Below, piece after piece: positions 10,246-18,489 of a stretch of 64,000 nucleotides of DNA. The position numbers were made by a program, and so were the translations under genes. The stretch is taken from the NCBI GenBank assembly GCA_020845455.1, contig JADLFO010000115.1, positions 6,235 through 70,234 of the forward strand. Direction: 5' to 3'. Under the pieces are notes generated by a model, which worked only from the letters and a program-made list of their open reading frames with translations, ran no database searches and was not told the origin of the DNA. This DNA comes from Caldilineaceae bacterium (lineage in GTDB: Bacteria > Chloroflexota > Anaerolineae > Caldilineales > Caldilineaceae). Positions within the stretch are counted from its first letter, which is position 1; each line of letters begins with the position of its first letter.

Positions 10246-10275
10246 AGCGGCTTGCCCTGACGTCAGGGCAAGCCG
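10246..10275 (+). terminator. Perfect 15-bp palindromic hairpin after the GT-C array
   Basis: GCGGCTTGCCCTGAC/GTCAGGGCAAGCCGC lies 19 nt after the stop at 10227. There is no clear T-run. Confidence 0.45.
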
Positions 10276-10390
10276 CCACCCCTGAAATCGGGCTGCTGTT
10301 CTCCGCTTGATTTCGCGCCCGGCTGCGCGCCGGTCCCTCGTCTATTCATTTCTGTTTCGGAGGCTGTAGAAACGCCGCTAGGATTTCCCC

Positions 10391-11489
10391 ATGCGTCCTG
10401 CCGAGCGTTGGGCGGTTGTTTTCGATTGGCTCATCCCGCTCTTGCTCCTGCTGCCGCTGGCCTGGGCGCTGCTGCCGGGCGGCGTCGTCAACACGGCGGA
10501 CGGCAAGGTGCATTTTTACCGCGCCGCCGAAATGATCCACGCCTGGCAGGACGGCGTGCTGATCCCGCGCTGGTCACAGCATTTGGGCTTTGGCTACGGC
10601 ATCCCGCTCTTTGTCTATACGCCGCCGCTGCCCTCCTTTCTCACCGCCGGTCTGTATCACCTTGGCCTTACCCCCGAAGCCGCCTTCAAAGGCATGTGGC
10701 TGATCGCCATACTGTTGGCCGGCTACGGCGCTTACCATCTGGGGCGTGGGCTGCTGGACCGTTGGGCTGGGGCCGTGACGGCAGCCGCTTTTCTCTATAC
10801 TCCTTTCTTTCTGTGCGAACTCTTTATCCAGGGTAACGCCGCCCAATATCTGGCGTGGAGCTTTACGCCGTGGGTGGCGGCGGCGGTGATCCGGCTCTAT
10901 CGCGCCCCACGCGGGCGCGATGCCGTCTATTTGGCGCTGGCGCTGATGGGCGTACAGTTGAGCCATCATGTGGTGGCGTTGTTTGCGGCAGGGATGGTGG
11001 CTGGGTTGGGTCTGATCCTATTTGCTGTCACGCGCGACCGGCGTGGGTTGGGCTGGACCGTGGCAGGCGGCTGCTTGGGGCTGGCGTTGAGCGTTTGGTT
11101 CTGGGGGCCGGCGCTGCTGGAGGGACGCTATGTGGCGCTCAACCGCATCGTCGCCAGCGATTTTCATGCGCGCTTCATCCCCCTGGCTGAACTGACGGCC
11201 TGGCCGCCGCGCCTCGATACGGCGGCGATCAACCCCTATGTGGCGCTGACGCTGGGCGCGGTCCAAATTGCCGCCGCGCTGTTGGGGCTGGTGGGCGCTG
11301 CTGCGGCGCACCCCGCCCGGCGCGGCCCTGCCGGCTGTGCAGACGCGCGTCCTGGGCGGCGTGGCGCTGGATGCGCTGCAGCAGATCGCCGTGGGCGTCT
11401 ATCGGTTAGAGAGCGGGGAGCGTCTGCCCGCCGTCGACGGGCATAGCGTGCGCTTGGCCGGCGACGCGCTGATGCTCGCCTGGCCGTAG
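10391..11489 (+). pseudogene. Truncated/frameshifted PTPS-related (YfhO-like) GT-C-type membrane protein: the N-terminal membrane part is joined out of frame to the tail of the shared C-terminal module
   Basis: The frame of 10391..11446 gives a sensible polytopic sequence (DGKVHFYRAAEMIHAWQDGVLIPRWSQHLGFGYGIPLFVYTPPL...) up to ~11300, then Arg/Ala-rich junk. A different frame (11268..11489) ends ...LDALQQIAVGVYRLESGERLPAVDGHSVRLAGDALMLAWP, which is the end of the module seen in the five genes upstream. The total is ~365 aa, against 675-876 aa for the paralogs in this window. Confidence 0.5.
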
Positions 11490-11499
11490 CGGGGAGGTT

Positions 11500-12591
11500 T
11501 TAGGTGGATGCGTAAGTTTCCGCCGCGGCGGAGATGACCTCGCGCACGAAGTAGATCGGCTTTTGCTGGCTTTCGTGATAGGTGCGGATGATCATCTCGC
11601 CCAGCAGCCCCATCGTGATCAACTGCACGCCGATGACCACCAACAGCACCGCCAGCAGCAGCAGCGGACGCCCGCCGATGTCTTGGCCGAGCGCCAGTTT
11701 GAGGAAGGTCAAGTAGATGCCCGCCAGCAGGCCGGCCGACGCCGAGGCCAGGCCGATCGTGCCGAAGACATGGATGGGCCGCGTCGCATAGCCGCCCAGA
11801 AACCAGACCGTGATCAGGTCCAGTGCCACACGGATGGCGCGGCTGATGCCATATTTGGACTTGCCAAACTGGCGGGCGTGGTGGTTGACCGGCACTTCGG
11901 CCACCGTGCCGCCCACCTGGCTGGCCAGCGCCGGGATAAAGCGGTGCAGTTCGCCGTAGAGCCGCACATGCTGGAGCAGGTCGCGGCGATAGGCCTTGAG
12001 CGAACACCCATAATCGTGCAGCCGCACCTCAGTCACGTTGGAGATCAGCCGGTTGGCGATCATCGAGGGCAGCCGCCGGTCCCAGAAACGGTCCTGCCGC
12101 TCCTTGCGCCAGCCGGAGACAATGTCATAGCCTTCGTCGATCTTAGCCAAGAGCAGCGGGATATCGCGCGGGTCGTTTTGCAGGTCGGCGTCCATGGTGA
12201 CCACGACCTCTCCGCGCGCCTGGTCGAAGCCTGCTGAGAAGGCGGCGGTCTGCCCAAAATTGCGGCGCAGCCGGATCACCGTCAGCCGCGGGTCTGCCTG
12301 CGCCCAGGCGCGCAGCAGCGCAAAGCTGCCGTCGCGCGAACCGTCGTCCACGATGATGACCTCGAAGAGAATGTCGAAGCTCTCCAACGCACCGAGCAGC
12401 CCGGCGCGCAGGCCGGGAATACTCTCCTCCTCGTTATAGAGCGGGATCACGACGGAGAGCTTGGGCGGGCGCGCCTGCGGCGATAAAAGAGCATCGCGGG
12501 CCGGTGTAGATAGGCGAGTCTGGGTGCTCATGGTGTCATTATAGGGCGCATGGGCCAAATGCCCAATCCCCAGCGATGGACTGAGGGCCAT
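11500..12591 (-). CDS. GT2 polyprenyl-phosphate sugar synthase (GtrB/ArnC/DPM1-like)
   Basis: Motifs LSVVIPLYNEEESI, VIIVDDGSRDGS, NFGQTAA and TMDADLQNDPRDIP, followed by two C-terminal TM helices (PIHVFGTIGLASA..., RPLLLLAVLLVVIGVQLITMGLL). The likely true start is ATG 12531 (MSTQTRL). Confidence 0.9.
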   Translation of the reverse strand: MALSPSLGIGHLAHAPYNDTMSTQTRLSTPARDALLSPQARPPKLSVVIPLYNEEESIPGLRAGLLGALESFDILFEVIIVDDGSRDGSFALLRAWAQADPRLTVIRLRRNFGQTAAFSAGFDQARGEVVVTMDADLQNDPRDIPLLLAKIDEGYDIVSGWRKERQDRFWDRRLPSMIANRLISNVTEVRLHDYGCSLKAYRRDLLQHVRLYGELHRFIPALASQVGGTVAEVPVNHHARQFGKSKYGISRAIRVALDLITVWFLGGYATRPIHVFGTIGLASASAGLLAGIYLTFLKLALGQDIGGRPLLLLAVLLVVIGVQLITMGLLGEMIIRTYHESQQKPIYFVREVISAAAETYAST

Positions 12592-12615
12592 CTATCGATC
12601 CTGACTGGCCGGGCT

Positions 12616-14259
12616 TTACTGGCTGACGGTGGCGCTGTCGCCGTCGAGCGTGGTCTGCGCGCCGTCGATCATGCTGCGGTAAACATCGCCCAACCCCACC
12701 ACGACCGGGTGATGCCAGGCGCGCGCTGCCGCCACCAAAGGGTCAAGCGGCGAACCCAGCGCGGCCACAAAGCCGTCGGCCAGAGGCAGCCCCAATGCCC
12801 AGCCGCTGTCGAGCATCTCTGCGCCCATGATCGTGTGATGGCAGCCGTTTTTGCGCGTCGCCGTCCAGCGGCGCAGGGGGCCGCCGGCATGTCCGGCTAC
12901 GCCGGGCAGCCCTTGGCGTACGGGCTGCGCTTCCTGCTCGCCGATCAGCATATCGGACGGATGGCTGGTCTGATGGGCGGCATGCTGCGCCTGGCGTTGG
13001 GCCAGCGTGGCGCGGATCTCCTCCTGCGCGCTGATGTTCCACTCGCCGGTCATCATCAGCTTGATCTCCTCCAATTCGAAGAAGAAGATCTCGTCGGGGC
13101 TGCGCAGCCGCCCGTCGCTCATCGCTTCTTGCGCCGCGGCCAAGACCCAGCGCCGCGTCCCGGCCAAGATAAAGGCCAGCGCCTGCAGGGCGCGGCTTTG
13201 CAGCGTATGCATGCCGTGAAGCCGTTCCAGCATCTGCCGGCCCTCCTTGCGCGCCGCGGGCTGCAGCGTTTCCAGAGCCTCCTGGGCATAGTTCACCGCA
13301 GGCATCTTGGCCGGTCGGCGGGGATGGTATTCGATACAGGCCAGCAGGCTGCGCATGACCATGGTCGGGTCTTCGTTCCAGCGCGGGTTAGCAAGTTCGC
13401 CCTCTCCCATGGCGCGGTGGCCAAAGCGCGAGAAGAAATCGGCCAATGCTTCGGCTGTGGGCCGGCCGGGGAACTCCGTGCGCCAGTTCTGATAGTTGCC
13501 TGTCTTGAGCCAGGCGACGGCGGCGGCAGGGTTCTGCGTCTGCTCGGCGATGTCGATAATCGCCGTCGCCATCTCCAATTCGACCAGCCCGGTTAGGTCG
13601 GCCAGCGCGCTGTTGAGCAGCAGCAAAGTCTGCTGCGGGTCATGCCCCTCGGCGCCGGCGGCCAGCAGCCGCGCATAGAGGTTGGTCAGTTGGTGGCGAG
13701 CGGCCAAAAAGGCCATCATGCTGTCGCGCCCGGCGCGTTCAATCTCCTCCATCACCTGAAGGATCTCCGCCTGGTTCCAGTGCGCCTCGCGCGTTTTGAT
13801 ATGCCAGATCTGCGCCTGCTGGGTGGCCGTCTCGATCTGGCCGGCTAGGTGGGCAAGCTGCTCGTCGATCTTCTTCTGGGCGCGACCGAACTTAAAGCCC
13901 CCCAGCAGCCCCGGTTTCTCCCAGGGAGCCAAGGGCCAGGGCGTGCCGTTGACGCGCAGGATGATCGGGGCGACCCCGGCCTGCTGCGCCTCCAGCTTGG
14001 CGGAGATCGACAGGTTGAGATAGGCGCGCCCTTGATAGACGCACAGCACATTAGCCCGCGCCGGGGGCGAGAAGCCCAGCCGGTCGTAATAGGTATCCCA
14101 AGCCCGGCGGATGATCTCTTCTAGGACGGTAATGCTAAACGGGGTCAACGGTCCGGCAGCTACCGGCTGGATGGCGCGGTTGCTCCACACCGATTCGGAG
14201 TTGCCGGGCAGCGTGCCCGGCAGCATATAGTCGAACAAGATCAATCCCTCTTCGTCCAC
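12616..14259 (-). CDS. PEP-utilizing-enzyme-like protein (central plus mobile 'swivel' domain only, resembling the C-terminal two thirds of rifampin-phosphotransferase/PEP-synthase-like proteins)
   Basis: 547-aa ORF. The C-terminus GLPGVAGHAGGPL..MGAEMLDSGWALGLPLADGFVAALGSPLDPLVAAARAWHHPVVVG aligns to the PEP-utilizer mobile domain. No ATP-grasp N-terminal domain is present in the ORF. Confidence 0.65.
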   Translation of the reverse strand: MDEEGLILFDYMLPGTLPGNSESVWSNRAIQPVAAGPLTPFSITVLEEIIRRAWDTYYDRLGFSPPARANVLCVYQGRAYLNLSISAKLEAQQAGVAPIILRVNGTPWPLAPWEKPGLLGGFKFGRAQKKIDEQLAHLAGQIETATQQAQIWHIKTREAHWNQAEILQVMEEIERAGRDSMMAFLAARHQLTNLYARLLAAGAEGHDPQQTLLLLNSALADLTGLVELEMATAIIDIAEQTQNPAAAVAWLKTGNYQNWRTEFPGRPTAEALADFFSRFGHRAMGEGELANPRWNEDPTMVMRSLLACIEYHPRRPAKMPAVNYAQEALETLQPAARKEGRQMLERLHGMHTLQSRALQALAFILAGTRRWVLAAAQEAMSDGRLRSPDEIFFFELEEIKLMMTGEWNISAQEEIRATLAQRQAQHAAHQTSHPSDMLIGEQEAQPVRQGLPGVAGHAGGPLRRWTATRKNGCHHTIMGAEMLDSGWALGLPLADGFVAALGSPLDPLVAAARAWHHPVVVGLGDVYRSMIDGAQTTLDGDSATVSQ

Positions 14260-14599
14260 CGCGCCGGGTCTGTCGCCGGCGTTTGCGGTGCTAACCTACA
14301 GTTGATATCTGCTCGGATGGCAGGATGGCGTCCCACACAAACTCCAATTGTGTATCCTTTACAATCGCGTGTCAATTCTATGCCTCAGCCATTTTTGTCC
14401 CTCAGCCATGTTCTCTCCCTCAGTCATTTGTCTGTCAGACTTGCGTCAGTCCTCCGGGTGCGCCCGCGCCGCAAAGCGTGTATACTGTGGGGGTACACAG
14501 CGCGGGCCGGCGACCGCCGGCCCGGTCGATGTCTCCAGTTGAACACCGATTCTCCCAGCAGATTCACCCGACCCTTTTGAGCCGTTTACACAACCGTTT

Positions 14600-16747
14600 A
14601 TGCAACCCTGGACAGAGGAGAACATGCAGATGTCTCGACCCGATTCTTTCCCGCGCCGCCTGGCTCGCTGGTGGGGGCTGGCGCTGGCGGCACTTTTGGT
14701 TTTCCCGTTTGGCAACGCGCTGGCCGCCCCTTTGGGGCAGGCTGGCGCGGCCGAGCCGCTGCTTCTGGGCCAATATGCCTACCAACCCATGCTCAGCGGA
14801 GAGTCGCGCCTCTTTGAAGTGACCATTCCCGAAAGCGGCGCTTATCTGGTGACCGCGGTGGACGAAGAAACGTCGGCCAACGCCTTTGATCTGGTGGTGA
14901 CCGATGGCGGGGGGAATGTGCTGTATGACGACGTTTTTGAGAATGTCGAGCTGACCCTGGAGCCGGGCGTCTTGACGCTGGAGTTCAGCGCCGTGGAGGA
15001 TGGCGATCTTTGGTTTGTCGTCCTGGGGCAGATCGGCGGCATGACCGCCGATGCCGAGCAGCCCGGCAAGCTCAACACCGGCAGCGTCTATACTGAAGAG
15101 CGCATCAGCGAGGCACGCTACGGTCTGCTCTCGGTGCCGCCGACCTCCTATCCCCAACAAGTGCTGCTCTATGTGGAGCCGGGCGAGGAAGATTCGTTCT
15201 TTGTCAGCGCCGAAGGGGTAGACATCGGCTATGTCAGCCTCAGCACCGACGACGGCAATTTGTTGAGCTTCTGGTCGCACGGCGGCGACTATCTGATCAG
15301 CGCCGAGCCGATGGCGCGGCGTTCGGCCTTGACCCTGATTGCCTTCCTCAGCGGGCGGCCTACCCCGATTGCGGTGGACACGCCGGTGGATGCCGTTATC
15401 CCCGCCGACGCCACCCAGACCGTCTTTGAACTGCAACTCGACACCGCCTATGACAACCTGGTGTTGGATGTGCAGGGCGATGAAAGCCTGGGCGTGCGTC
15501 TAGTCGACCGCTATTACGAGGCGGAGGTCGATTTCGACAGCTACGGTGAGCCGTCGGTCGAGATCCCCAATCTCTTCCCCGGCGTCTACTATGTCTTTGT
15601 CAGCGCGCCGGAGGCCGCGGCGGAGGATATCCCCTTCACACTGAGCGTGCAGGGGGCGGCCGGCCAGCCGTTGGTGGCGTTGGAAAGCGGCGTGGCCGCC
15701 GAAGGCAGCTTTGAGGAGGGGCAGGCCACGACGACCTACACCTTTGACGTCGCTCAGGCCGGGGCTATGGTGGAGGTGCTGCTCGAGTCCACCAGCCAAG
15801 AGACCAATTTCGACATCAGCGCCGGGCTGCGTCCGGGCGAGCAGATCTGGTACACCTATTTCTGGGGGTCGAATGAATTGCTGCGCTTTGTTGCCCCGGT
15901 AGCCGGAACCTACTATATCGAGGTCAAGAGCAACGACGGCACGGGCGACTATGCCGTGACGGCCACCGAGGGCGATCTGGCGCCTGCGCTGGAAAATAAC
16001 ACTATCCTCTGGGACACGGTCGCCGCGGGCGGGCGCAATGTCTACCGCATGGAAGTCACCCAGCCCGGCCAACTGCTGATGCTGGCCTTGGTGGGCAGTC
16101 CCGAAGTTGACGTCGACGTGCAGATCGCAGCCTACAACGCCAAGGGCGACCAGGTGGCCTATGCGTCGGGCGCAACCGGCGGCTCGGTGGAGGTGGCGAC
16201 CCAACTGCTCACCGAGCCGGGCATCTATGAGGTCACAGTCGCATCCTATTTCTCTGACGCGGCGACCACCTACTTTCTGCGCACACAGTTGATGGACCCC
16301 AGCCTGCTCGGCGGCCAGTGGGCCACGGAGGCGACCGCCAGCACCCAATATGGCGACGACTCCTTCTCCGCGGCGCAGGCCACCGGCCCGCAGGATACGT
16401 TCTCGGCGGGCGACTTCCCCACCGCCTGGGCCGCCGGTGAACCCGAAGCGGGCGAGCAGACGTTAGAACTGACCTACGAATATCCCGTCACACCCTACGC
16501 CGTCGAGGTCTATGAGAGCTATAACCCCGGCGCCGTAGTTGCCGTCGAGCTGTACGACGCCGCCGGCGACGCGTGGGTCGCGGCCTGGCAAGGCGAGGCC
16601 GTCGCTGCCGAGGAAGCTTACCGCATTAACCTGTTTGAACTGGAGCCGTTGGGCATCAAGACCGACCGCATCCGGTTGGTGTTGGATACCGACGCCGTGC
16701 CCGGCTACAACGAAATCGACGCCGTGCATCTCTTTGGCCGTCCGTAA
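14600..16747 (+). CDS. Secreted acidic protein with several PPC-like (pre-peptidase C-terminal type) beta-sandwich repeats and a distinct C-terminal domain
   Basis: Signal peptide ...RRLARWWGLALAALLVFPFGNALAAP (alternative starts ATG 14624/14630 after GAGGAG 14615-14620). Repeats are of the type SRLFEVTIPESGAYLVTAVDEE..FDLVVTDGGGNVL and GRNVYRMEVTQPGQLLMLALVG..VDVQIAAYNAKGDQV..GIYEVTVASY. The protein is very D/E-rich. Confidence 0.7.
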   Translation: MQPWTEENMQMSRPDSFPRRLARWWGLALAALLVFPFGNALAAPLGQAGAAEPLLLGQYAYQPMLSGESRLFEVTIPESGAYLVTAVDEETSANAFDLVVTDGGGNVLYDDVFENVELTLEPGVLTLEFSAVEDGDLWFVVLGQIGGMTADAEQPGKLNTGSVYTEERISEARYGLLSVPPTSYPQQVLLYVEPGEEDSFFVSAEGVDIGYVSLSTDDGNLLSFWSHGGDYLISAEPMARRSALTLIAFLSGRPTPIAVDTPVDAVIPADATQTVFELQLDTAYDNLVLDVQGDESLGVRLVDRYYEAEVDFDSYGEPSVEIPNLFPGVYYVFVSAPEAAAEDIPFTLSVQGAAGQPLVALESGVAAEGSFEEGQATTTYTFDVAQAGAMVEVLLESTSQETNFDISAGLRPGEQIWYTYFWGSNELLRFVAPVAGTYYIEVKSNDGTGDYAVTATEGDLAPALENNTILWDTVAAGGRNVYRMEVTQPGQLLMLALVGSPEVDVDVQIAAYNAKGDQVAYASGATGGSVEVATQLLTEPGIYEVTVASYFSDAATTYFLRTQLMDPSLLGGQWATEATASTQYGDDSFSAAQATGPQDTFSAGDFPTAWAAGEPEAGEQTLELTYEYPVTPYAVEVYESYNPGAVVAVELYDAAGDAWVAAWQGEAVAAEEAYRINLFELEPLGIKTDRIRLVLDTDAVPGYNEIDAVHLFGRP

Positions 16748-16763
16748 GAGGCCCTAGACGCCA

Positions 16764-16786
16764 CCCGGAAGCTCCAAACTTCCGGG
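16764..16786 (+). terminator. 8-bp hairpin downstream of 14600..16747
   Basis: CCCGGAAG-N7-CTTCCGGG, 17 nt after the stop. Confidence 0.35.
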
Positions 16787-16792
16787 CTGGTC

Positions 16793-16845
16793 AGAGCATA
16801 ACGCAACTTGGCCGCGCCCCGCGCGGCCAAGTTGCGTTATGCTCT
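16793..16845. repeat. 53-nt perfect palindrome (25-bp stem, 3-nt loop)
   Basis: AGAGCATAACGCAACTTGGCCGCGC-CCC-GCGCGGCCAAGTTGCGTTATGCTCT, between 16747 and 16938. Confidence 0.8.
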
Positions 16846-16937
16846 AAAGTCGGTACAATAGAGGGCGCAGCGCCCTGTCGCGCAACAGCGCTCGAACGCT
16901 CCGAACTCTGCCACCGGCACCCCTTGTCGAACAGCCT

Positions 16938-17678
16938 ATGGAATCCATCATGCAGCAGCCCATCCTTGCTCTTATCGATTGTGACCTTGCCAGCGGCAAA
17001 GACGAACTGGCGCGCGAGGACTTGTTGGCCAATGTGAGCCGCTTTCGCTCCAACGGCGTCGCCCCGCTCTTTGTCAACTGGCTGCGCGAGCGCGCCGACC
17101 TGCGCTTTGTCTGCATGGTGCGCAACCTCTCCGAGTTTAACGATTTTATGCTGGATGTGGTGCGCGGCGTGCCCGGCGTGCGCGAGACGCGCACGACTCT
17201 TAGTTTCGGCGGGCGCGCCGATATCGACGCGCTGTTAGAACTGGAGATGGAGGTCAACCCCAGCAGCCACACGGTCGCCGCCAGCCTGTGGATCGACATC
17301 CAGCCGGGGATGGACCGGCGCTGTTTCCAGGCGCTGCTCGACCTGCCTCCCCACCCCGACGTGCGCCGCGTCTGGCTGCTCAACTGCTATCACCGCGACG
17401 ATTCCGACCTGAATATGATGTTGTTGGGCAAGAACATCGCGGCGCTGACCGGCTATGTCATGAGCTGGGTACGCACCACGCCCGGCGTCATCGACACCGA
17501 GATGGGCGCCGTGCTCGACTGGCGCTGGCTTGCCAGCCCGGAGGATATCGTGGAGTTGTGTGAGCTTTTCTTCACACGCAATGCGGTCAAGCGCGCCCAC
17601 CCTGCGCCCGCCCAGCCCTCTGCCGGCGGCGAGACGCCGGTGGAGTCCGGCAGCAACCCTGTCGAAGTCAACCAGTAG
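16938..17678 (+). CDS. Stand-alone protein with two tandem Lrp/AsnC-type ligand-binding (RAM-like) domains and no HTH
   Basis: 246-aa ORF. Two similar halves: ...FVCMVRNLSEFNDFMLDVVRGVPGVRETRTTLSF... and ...MMLLGKNIAALTGYVMSWVRTTPGVIDTEMGAVLD... No N-terminal helix-turn-helix segment is recognisable. Confidence 0.5.
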   Translation: MESIMQQPILALIDCDLASGKDELAREDLLANVSRFRSNGVAPLFVNWLRERADLRFVCMVRNLSEFNDFMLDVVRGVPGVRETRTTLSFGGRADIDALLELEMEVNPSSHTVAASLWIDIQPGMDRRCFQALLDLPPHPDVRRVWLLNCYHRDDSDLNMMLLGKNIAALTGYVMSWVRTTPGVIDTEMGAVLDWRWLASPEDIVELCELFFTRNAVKRAHPAPAQPSAGGETPVESGSNPVEVNQ

Positions 17679-18348
17679 CGCCTAACCGGTTGGTCTCGTC
17701 GCCCGCACCTGCCGCCCCAAGCTGCGCCGCCACAAAGCGGTGGCTCAACGCCCGGAACCGTCCCCAATCGCCCCATTCACGCCGGCTTTGGCCGACGGCC
17801 CCCAGCCGCGCCGCCACATCGCCCAGTTCGGCCGGCCGCCGCCACTGCCAGCCGCCGATCTGCTCGCTGGGATCCAGCGGGGCCAGCACGCCGTCGGCGG
17901 GCATCTGCACCAGGAAGTGATAGGTGGCGAAGGGGTAGGTCGTCCCTGCCGTGCGGTGCGCCAAGGCATAGACCACCACGCCCAGACAGCGCTGCACCTG
18001 CACCTGGCTTTCTGCGCCGCCTACGCCTAGCCCCGTCTCTTCATAGATCTCGCGCGCCAAGGTCTCTTCCACGCTCTCGCCCAGGTGGATGCCGCCGGTG
18101 GGCAGCCGGTATGCGCCCGCCGGGTAGAAGGTCTTGATGTGGAGCAGCAGCCCTGCGGCGGGGTCGCCGCGGTGCATGATATAGCAGATCTCGGCGCGGC
18201 GACCGTCGCTCACCAACATCTGGTGTTCGCCGGTAAGGAAGGGATGGTCGACCGCCAGCCGGTGTTGGCGAACGGGCAGCGCCCCCCAGCGGCGTTGGAG
18301 CGCGGCGAACTCGTCAGGGTCGAGCGCGGTTTGATAGGGGACAGGCAT
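17668..18348 (-). CDS. Nudix hydrolase
   Basis: Nudix box GGIHLGESVEETLAREIYEETGL (GX5EX7REUXEEXGU). Confidence 0.85.
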   Translation of the reverse strand: MPVPYQTALDPDEFAALQRRWGALPVRQHRLAVDHPFLTGEHQMLVSDGRRAEICYIMHRGDPAAGLLLHIKTFYPAGAYRLPTGGIHLGESVEETLAREIYEETGLGVGGAESQVQVQRCLGVVVYALAHRTAGTTYPFATYHFLVQMPADGVLAPLDPSEQIGGWQWRRPAELGDVAARLGAVGQSRREWGDWGRFRALSHRFVAAQLGAAGAGDETNRLGATG

Positions 18349-18422
18349 AGAGGCTCCCTAGACGACCTTGGCCAATTTGTAGCGGCGGCATCGGCGCCAC
18401 TGGCGGCGCGCCATCTGCTGCT

Positions 18423-18453
18423 CCAGACCGGCGGTACCATACCGCCGGTCTGG
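18423..18453 (-). terminator. 13-bp hairpin between the GT2 gene and the Nudix gene
   Basis: CCAGACCGGCGGT-ACCAT-ACCGCCGGTCTGG. Confidence 0.35.
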
Positions 18454-18489
18454 ACTTTGCGTCCTTTGCGGTGAATTCTCCGACCTGTT

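Noticed and set aside
11268-11489. 73-aa ORF as an independent gene
   Set aside because: Only its last ~40 aa make sense, and they match the end of the shared C-terminal module. I interpret it as the displaced tail of the decayed gene 10391..11489.
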